A program made the position numbers and the translations under genes. From the IMG/VR virus record IMGVR_UViG_3300028887_000067, positions 96,001 through 160,000 of that record: 64,000 bases of DNA, one strand, 5' to 3'. The notes under the pieces are model-generated. The model saw nothing but the letters and a program-made list of their open reading frames with translations. It did not search any database and was not told the origin of the DNA. Below, piece after piece: positions 58,812-64,000 of this stretch (the first letter of the stretch is position 1; every line of letters begins with the position of its first letter). The DNA comes from a virus (Duplodnaviria > Caudoviricetes).

Positions 58812-58840
58812 AATCCGCAGTTTATCGTGTAAACAAAAAT

Positions 58841-58869
58841 TTGCATTTCAAATTGGCCGGAATTATATT
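58841..58869 (+). promoter_or_regulatory. sigma70-like promoter with TTCAAA element (sigma gene)
   Basis: TTGCAT-17 nt (ttcaaattggccggaat)-TATATT. Confidence 0.65.
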
Positions 58870-58896
58870 TATCGCAACCCCACATAGGTGTAGTGG

Positions 58897-59709
58897 ATGA
58901 AGACCTATGAAGAAGACCCTTCTACAAAGAAAATCATTGAGGAGACCCTGAAATACAAGATTCTCGGCAAGAGCGCCGAGATGAAGCTATTCAAGGAATA
59001 CTATTCCCCCACGACAAACGAGGCGAGGCGACAGGAGATAAAGGTCGCCATCGTCCAGTCCAACCTCAGGTTCGTCCTTGCCGTGGCCAGGGCCTACAAG
59101 AAGTCGACCGGGTTGCCGATCAACGACTTTTATTCCGAGGGGAAGCTCGGCGTCCTCGAGGCGTTCAACAAGTACGACTACCGCAGTGGTACCAAGTTCG
59201 GCTCCTTCGCCGTGTTCGAGGTGAGGCGTCACATGGACCTCATAGTCCACAACAGCGACCAGGTATACGTCCCCGTGAGGCTCAGGAAGCGGGTGCTGGC
59301 GAGCAAGAAGCGCGGCGAGAGCGTCGACGGCATACGGTATGGCAGGCTTGCCGACAACGCCGTCTCTGAACCCGCCTCGATAGAGACCAGCGTCCTCGCC
59401 TTCCCCTCGTCACCCGCCCCGCTCGTTCTTGGCGACACGCTCAAATCGTCCGATTCGACCGACGTGGGGGTCATAGATAGCGACCGGGTGGCTAAGCTAA
59501 AAAATATACTGGATGACACTCTCACGCCGGAAGAAAGTAATTTACTTCGCAGACTGTATGGTTTGGACGGCTATGAGGACACGGTCAGCGAGATTTCCTC
59601 TGCGAGACACATGAGCAAGGAAGTCATACGCCGGGCGAAGAACCGAGCGTTGAGTAAGCTACGGGATGTTCCAGCTGTCGCCGAACTGCGCGATTCGCTG
59701 GATGGATGA
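58897..59709 (+). CDS. sigma70-family RNA polymerase sigma factor (regions 1.2-4, no region 1.1)
   Basis: SNLRFVLAVARAY, D...EG.LG..EA..KYD...G.KF.SFA, LTPEE..LLR..YGLDG, T..EI......E.IR....RAL.KLR. Confidence 0.88.
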   Translation: MKTYEEDPSTKKIIEETLKYKILGKSAEMKLFKEYYSPTTNEARRQEIKVAIVQSNLRFVLAVARAYKKSTGLPINDFYSEGKLGVLEAFNKYDYRSGTKFGSFAVFEVRRHMDLIVHNSDQVYVPVRLRKRVLASKKRGESVDGIRYGRLADNAVSEPASIETSVLAFPSSPAPLVLGDTLKSSDSTDVGVIDSDRVAKLKNILDDTLTPEESNLLRRLYGLDGYEDTVSEISSARHMSKEVIRRAKNRALSKLRDVPAVAELRDSLDG

Positions 59710-60587
59710 TGAGTTTCATAAAGAACATAGCAGCACGGATTTTTGGCCGAAAGAACGATGATACAGTCGAAGTACAACATATCAAAAGCAGGTCCCCTAT
59801 GGCAGAAGATGATTTCGGATCGACTATAATTTTCAACAACGGTGTACCGGACACCAATGTCACCCTCGGTACTACCGGCGAGGGAGAGCGGGTTTCCTCG
59901 GCCGCCATCATGCGTACGCAACGGGAGACCGAAATGATTAACCAGAACAACCGCATCGGTGGAAGGGGCGTCGGGCTCAATACGATGGCGCAACAGCCTC
60001 CCCCGAACCAGCAGTTTGCTGGAAATTACGCGCTCCAGCAACCGCCACCGAATGGCTACGCCCAGCCGGTCCAGCCAGTCCAGCAACCGCCGTATTACCA
60101 GCAACAACCTGTGCAGATGGCGGCACCGCCTCCACCGCAGGGGACGCCGGTGCCTATCCAGGGCGTGGCTCCGCAACAGGGTTCTACAACGTACCTCGAG
60201 GAACCGTTCTCCGAGCTCGCCATGACCGACGACCTGTGTCACGTCATCGTCGACCTTCCGGGCGTGCGCAAGGAGGACACCAAGGTCGTCCTCACGCAGA
60301 ACAATGAGATTGCCATCACCTTCACCAGGAAGACGTTCGTGAGCAAGCTGTCCGCCGAACTGCGGAACGCCAAGAAGAACGCCTCGGCGGGTAAGTCCCG
60401 TGCCAAGACGAAGGTCGTGTCGCAGGTGAATATACCCGACTATATTCTCGGTACCCATACGGTCATCTACCCGATTCCTCGTCCCGTCGACGACGACAAT
60501 ATGAAGTGTACGTTCGAGAACGGGCAAGTACACGTGGTGCTTCCTTTCAGGACTCCTCCTGAAGGAAAGACCATATCCTTCGGTTAA
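59706..60587 (+). CDS. Hsp20/alpha-crystallin small heat-shock protein with Q/P-rich N-terminus
   Basis: VIVDLPGVRKED.KV, P.PVD...C.FENGQVHVVLP. Confidence 0.8.
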   Translation: MMSFIKNIAARIFGRKNDDTVEVQHIKSRSPMAEDDFGSTIIFNNGVPDTNVTLGTTGEGERVSSAAIMRTQRETEMINQNNRIGGRGVGLNTMAQQPPPNQQFAGNYALQQPPPNGYAQPVQPVQQPPYYQQQPVQMAAPPPPQGTPVPIQGVAPQQGSTTYLEEPFSELAMTDDLCHVIVDLPGVRKEDTKVVLTQNNEIAITFTRKTFVSKLSAELRNAKKNASAGKSRAKTKVVSQVNIPDYILGTHTVIYPIPRPVDDDNMKCTFENGQVHVVLPFRTPPEGKTISFG

Positions 60588-60602
60588 CTTTTCCGAGAAC
60601 TC

Positions 60603-60631
60603 TTGACATGAAGCGGTGTTGAATGTATATT
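60603..60631 (+). promoter_or_regulatory. near-consensus sigma70 promoter
   Basis: TTGACA-17 nt-TATATT upstream of the RNA ligase gene. Confidence 0.75.
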
Positions 60632-60664
60632 TAGCACCGATTTCTTATTAATAGCGAGGAAACA

Positions 60665-61471
60665 ATGGCACAATATCAAAAAATCAACACGATTTTTATG
60701 CGTGACGAAAGGAACGTCATTATGCCGTACCACGAGTTCGTCCGTCCGGAGCTGACCTATCTCCGCAGTTTGAAGTTCCGTGGCGAGGAAAAAATCGACG
60801 GCACGAATATCCGACTCGAGGTCGTAGGCACGCTTCGCGGTGACGAAGCTGCCGAGTTCAGCGTGTCCTACAAGGGCAAGTCAGAAAAGGCATCCATCCC
60901 GGCGAATCTGGACGAATACTTGAAGGCTACTTTCCCGCCGGAGAAAGTGCTCGCCTCCCTTAACCTGAAAGCCGTCATCCCCGTGTCCGAGTTTGCCGAA
61001 CATGAGTGGATCGACGGAAACGGCAACCCCGCTTTTGGCAAGGTGCCGACGTTGATCACTATTTACGGCGAAGGCTACGGGTCCAGGATCCAGAAGTGCG
61101 GCGGACGCTACATCAAGGATGGCGTGTCGTTCCGCGTGTTCGACGTCAAGGTCGGCGATTGGTACCTGCTCACCGAAGCCCGCGACGAGATTGCCGGCAA
61201 GCTCGGCGCCGAGACCACGCCGCTAATCGGCTACTTCACGCTGGACGAGGCGATCGACTTCGTCAGGAAGGGTTTCAAGTCCACCGTCGCCGAGGACAAG
61301 ACTCTCAATGCCGAGGGACTTGTGCTTCGTACTGACCTCGGTCTCCGTTCTCGCAACGGGGAGCGCATCATGACGAAGATCAAGACCTGCGACTTCGAGA
61401 AGTACCGCACCATATACGGGACGGACGAGCCGGTCGATCAGACGCCGAACAAGTTCATAACCGGCGAATAA
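60665..61471 (+). CDS. RNA ligase (Rnl2-type nucleotidyltransferase domain)
   Basis: Motif I EKIDGTN, III YGE, IIIa FRVFDV, IV EGLV, V KIK. Confidence 0.85.
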   Translation: MAQYQKINTIFMRDERNVIMPYHEFVRPELTYLRSLKFRGEEKIDGTNIRLEVVGTLRGDEAAEFSVSYKGKSEKASIPANLDEYLKATFPPEKVLASLNLKAVIPVSEFAEHEWIDGNGNPAFGKVPTLITIYGEGYGSRIQKCGGRYIKDGVSFRVFDVKVGDWYLLTEARDEIAGKLGAETTPLIGYFTLDEAIDFVRKGFKSTVAEDKTLNAEGLVLRTDLGLRSRNGERIMTKIKTCDFEKYRTIYGTDEPVDQTPNKFITGE

Positions 61472-61491
61472 TTCGCCCCCCAAAAAATGAG

Positions 61492-61522
61492 AAACTCCGT
61501 GTGATTTGCACACGGAGTTTTT
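61492..61522. terminator. bidirectional terminator
   Basis: AAACTCCGTGTG-ATTTG-CACACGGAGTTTTT between convergent genes. Confidence 0.8.
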
Positions 61523-61536
61523 TAATTGTATATTTC

Positions 61537-61887
61537 TTAGTGCTTGCCGCAGTTGCAGCCTTTATTCACCATGCCGTAAGTCTTCCTGACGACGCTGCTC
61601 GCTTTGTAGACGATTTTCATCGCGGCCAGCTTGAACTTCTCGGGCAACGCCCACATGTAGTCCTTGACCTCGGGGAAGTCCTTCACCAGAGCCTCTATCG
61701 CGTCGGAACCGGTGTGGGTCTTTCCGTCGGCGCCGATGTACGAAAAGTCAGACGCCCCCTTGGGAGCGGACAAGTACTCGGCTCGGTCGCCTATCTTGCG
61801 CTGTATAAGCCTCTTGTACTGGGTGCATATGGGGCACCCGTTGTCATAGAAGAATCTAGGCTTTACAGGGACCAGTTCCATTACCAC
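61537..61887 (-). CDS. DCC1/DUF393-like thiol-disulfide oxidoreductase
   Basis: FYDNGCPIC; DGKTHTGSDAI. Confidence 0.75.
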   Translation of the reverse strand: MVMELVPVKPRFFYDNGCPICTQYKRLIQRKIGDRAEYLSAPKGASDFSYIGADGKTHTGSDAIEALVKDFPEVKDYMWALPEKFKLAAMKIVYKASSVVRKTYGMVNKGCNCGKH

Positions 61888-62795
61888 GCCCCGAAACTGA
61901 TGGAACCGGCAGACTGTTTGGTCTCCACCGACCCGTCGTCGTTCACCTTCGTGGTCTTCGGCGTGCCGTAGGTATAGGTCTTCATCGGACCGCAGATTTC
62001 GTCAAGCATTTCCTTGAGGTCGCCATAGTCGCAGAACTCGCCTTCCTTGCAGTTCTCGGCGCCGTACAGGCGCTTGTCCTTCATCATCCCGTTAGTCCGG
62101 TCGGCGGCATCCTTCATCGGGGTCTCGTCGACGGACGAGTCGGTCAGGCTTTCCATCTGGGCGTCGTTGAACGCCATGAGTTGGAGGATTTTGTTGAGGT
62201 CAATACCTTCAATGGGTTCGATTTCGTCCTGGTTGAACTGGAACTCAGGCCAGCAACCGTTGGAACCCTCGCAGTACTCGTCCATGTTGTTGGTTGGCTT
62301 CGCGGCGGTGATGACCGGGCCGTCGGAGCTCTTGACGATGAGGATGACGGGGAACGCGTTGGTACGCGACTTGATGCAGTCGCCCGGATGGTATTGGAAC
62401 TCGCAGTCGGGGTCGCCGTCGATACAGCAGCTCTCGCGCAGACCCTTCTTCAGGGATTTCGCCACGCTGAGCCCGCCGAGACCCTTCGCGAGGATACTTT
62501 CGACCGTGCTCTCGTCAATCTCTTCCTCGGGGTCGTTCTCGAAGATGGGACGCTTGGCCTTGCGCTTTCCAGTGATGTTTCCGGAGCTGCCCGCAACGCC
62601 GGCGTCGGCAGTGCCGTCCACCTTGACAATGGTCGTTTCGTTGCCCTTCTCGTAGGGACGCGAATCCATCTCGCCATCGATTACGAGTGCGCCCTGGTCG
62701 GCGTCGTCGGCGTCGTCCTTTTCCTTGCTAAAGTCGAGCGCCTCCATTGCCACTACCTGGGTGAGCGCCTTCAAATCGTCGAGCTCTCTGAACAT
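61881..62795 (-). CDS. hypothetical acidic late protein
   Basis: 304 aa; GAGG RBS; TATAAACT at 62824-62831 (minus); AMEA, IFEN, TVES, LRES motifs. Confidence 0.7.
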   Translation of the reverse strand: MFRELDDLKALTQVVAMEALDFSKEKDDADDADQGALVIDGEMDSRPYEKGNETTIVKVDGTADAGVAGSSGNITGKRKAKRPIFENDPEEEIDESTVESILAKGLGGLSVAKSLKKGLRESCCIDGDPDCEFQYHPGDCIKSRTNAFPVILIVKSSDGPVITAAKPTNNMDEYCEGSNGCWPEFQFNQDEIEPIEGIDLNKILQLMAFNDAQMESLTDSSVDETPMKDAADRTNGMMKDKRLYGAENCKEGEFCDYGDLKEMLDEICGPMKTYTYGTPKTTKVNDDGSVETKQSAGSISFGAW

Positions 62796-62826
62796 CTGTA
62801 CGTATCCTCGTGTGCTTAACCGCAGT

Positions 62827-64000
62827 TTATACCGGTTGGGGATTTCTTTCCGGCCTCAGACGCATATCGGGAAGCTCGTAGGCGGCGCCCTGGTTGTACT
62901 GGATCCTCGATATGCCATTCTGTTCCTCGACGGCATCTTTGTCCCTTACGAACTCGATGGCGGCGTCCTCGGCACCCTTGTGCCCGGACATCGAGGTGAA
63001 CATTAGCTCGAGTCCCGTGAGGAACGGGAGCTCGACCTGGTTGCCCTGGAACCAAGTGGATGCCGCGTGATAGATGAGCCAATAAAGTGCCGTCACGTGG
63101 TCGTCATGGTTTCCTCCACCGCCACCCCAGTGCTTCTTCGTGGTCTCGGTGAATGACATCAGTTCCTGTATGGTGGACTCGTCGTGGAGTTTCACGTAGA
63201 ATCGCTGTACATACAGCTTCAGGAGCATGACGGCCGTCTGCTTCAGCGTGTCCCCGGACCAGAGGCCACGGAACTTGTTGTCGTAGTTCACCAGGTGTTC
63301 ATACTGCAGGTTCTCGAAGAAACGGTTGTACATCAGTGCGCCCGGACCGTTGTACTCGATGGTCAGGTCGGGGTCGTAGTAACCGTGGAGGACCATGTTC
63401 GCTATCATCGCGAAATCCTCGATGGTCGCCTCGTTCGACGACAGAACGCATACCTGTTCTAGGTCTGTACTGCTCCTTGCGAGAAGAATCTGGAGAACGT
63501 GGTAGTCCTGACGGATGCCGTAACCTGTGTCTATCGAGGCGATGTACACCCAGTTGTTGACTTCCAGCTTCTGTTTCGACATTGGCTCTTGGAATATTCG
63601 CAAGCTGTACATCTTGTCGAGGCCCCTCACGAGCTTCGGCTTTGACGGAGTAAGCTCCTGTAGAATCTTGTAGTCGATGAGCGTAATTGCGGAACCGATG
63701 AACTCGCATTCGTATTCCTGCCTGAATTTCTGTTCGCCGATACGCGCCATTTCATCGATGCCCCACTGCTCGGTACGGCCAGGAACTTCTTTCCATTTCA
63801 CCGTAGAGCGCACGTATTTTGACATCAAGTCGTGATAGGACGCTTTGTCTTCGTCAACCCCGTCTTCCCACATTTGGTAGAATTTATTAAGGCCACACGG
63901 GGTACTTGTAATTATCACGCGGGTCTTCTTACCGGCCGAAATAGCTGGGAACACGGACGCGCAGAATTCTTCCGCCATGCCGGAGCGCAAGAACGCGAAC
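62827..64000 (-). CDS. terminase large subunit (gp17-like), 5' part outside the window
   Basis: FAF....EF..SVFPAISAG, IITSTP.G.N.FY..W, FRQEYECEF, nuclease IDTG.G..QDY and HDD. Confidence 0.93.
   Translation of the reverse strand, partial: FAFLRSGMAEEFCASVFPAISAGKKTRVIITSTPCGLNKFYQMWEDGVDEDKASYHDLMSKYVRSTVKWKEVPGRTEQWGIDEMARIGEQKFRQEYECEFIGSAITLIDYKILQELTPSKPKLVRGLDKMYSLRIFQEPMSKQKLEVNNWVYIASIDTGYGIRQDYHVLQILLARSSTDLEQVCVLSSNEATIEDFAMIANMVLHGYYDPDLTIEYNGPGALMYNRFFENLQYEHLVNYDNKFRGLWSGDTLKQTAVMLLKLYVQRFYVKLHDESTIQELMSFTETTKKHWGGGGGNHDDHVTALYWLIYHAASTWFQGNQVELPFLTGLELMFTSMSGHKGAEDAAIEFVRDKDAVEEQNGISRIQYNQGAAYELPDMRLRPERNPQPV

Noticed and set aside
1-64000. Alternative genetic code, tRNA or rRNA genes
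   Set aside because: Conserved genes end cleanly at TAA, TAG and TGA; intergenic gaps are short and no cloverleaf was recognised by eye (tRNAscan-SE not run)

Overview
This 64-kb window is part of a large T4-related (myovirus-type) bacteriophage genome that uses the standard genetic code and is densely coding. It holds a T4-like replication/recombination core: UvsX, gp41 helicase, gp32 SSB, gp61 primase, gp45 clamp, family-B polymerase gp43, gp44/62 clamp loader, UvsY-like pair and gp47 nuclease. Contractile-tail and baseplate genes include an enlarged gp18 sheath, gp19 tube, and gp25-, gp26-, tape-measure-, gp53-, gp5-, gp3- and gp4-like genes. Packaging genes are a gp16-like gene and the 3' part of gp17. 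Host-like accessory genes are DnaJ, Hsp20, a sigma70-family factor, IF-1, two CxxC redox proteins, an RNA ligase and a P-loop kinase. Signals read directly from the DNA: (1) two recurrent promoter classes, a sigma70-like TTG(C/T)A(A/T)TTCAAA..17 nt..TA(C/T)nnT box before uvsX, 32, 43 and the sigma gene, and ~18 copies of an NATAAACT late-type motif, several as divergent pairs and three placed to give leaderless mRNAs; (2) a candidate +1 programmed frameshift (CCC TTT CGT) at the end of the gp26-like gene just before the tape-measure gene; (3) a protein with ~5 tandem HTH repeats fused to an apparently dead glycosyltransferase domain, one of several degenerate carbohydrate enzymes; (4) a second, DnaN-like clamp; (5) a sigma factor and an IF-1 with changed functional residues; (6) a dispersed set of acidic late proteins with T4 prohead-protease-like sites. 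No rRNA, tRNA, CRISPR array or IS element was recognised. All family calls come from motifs recognised by eye and from gene context; no database search was run.
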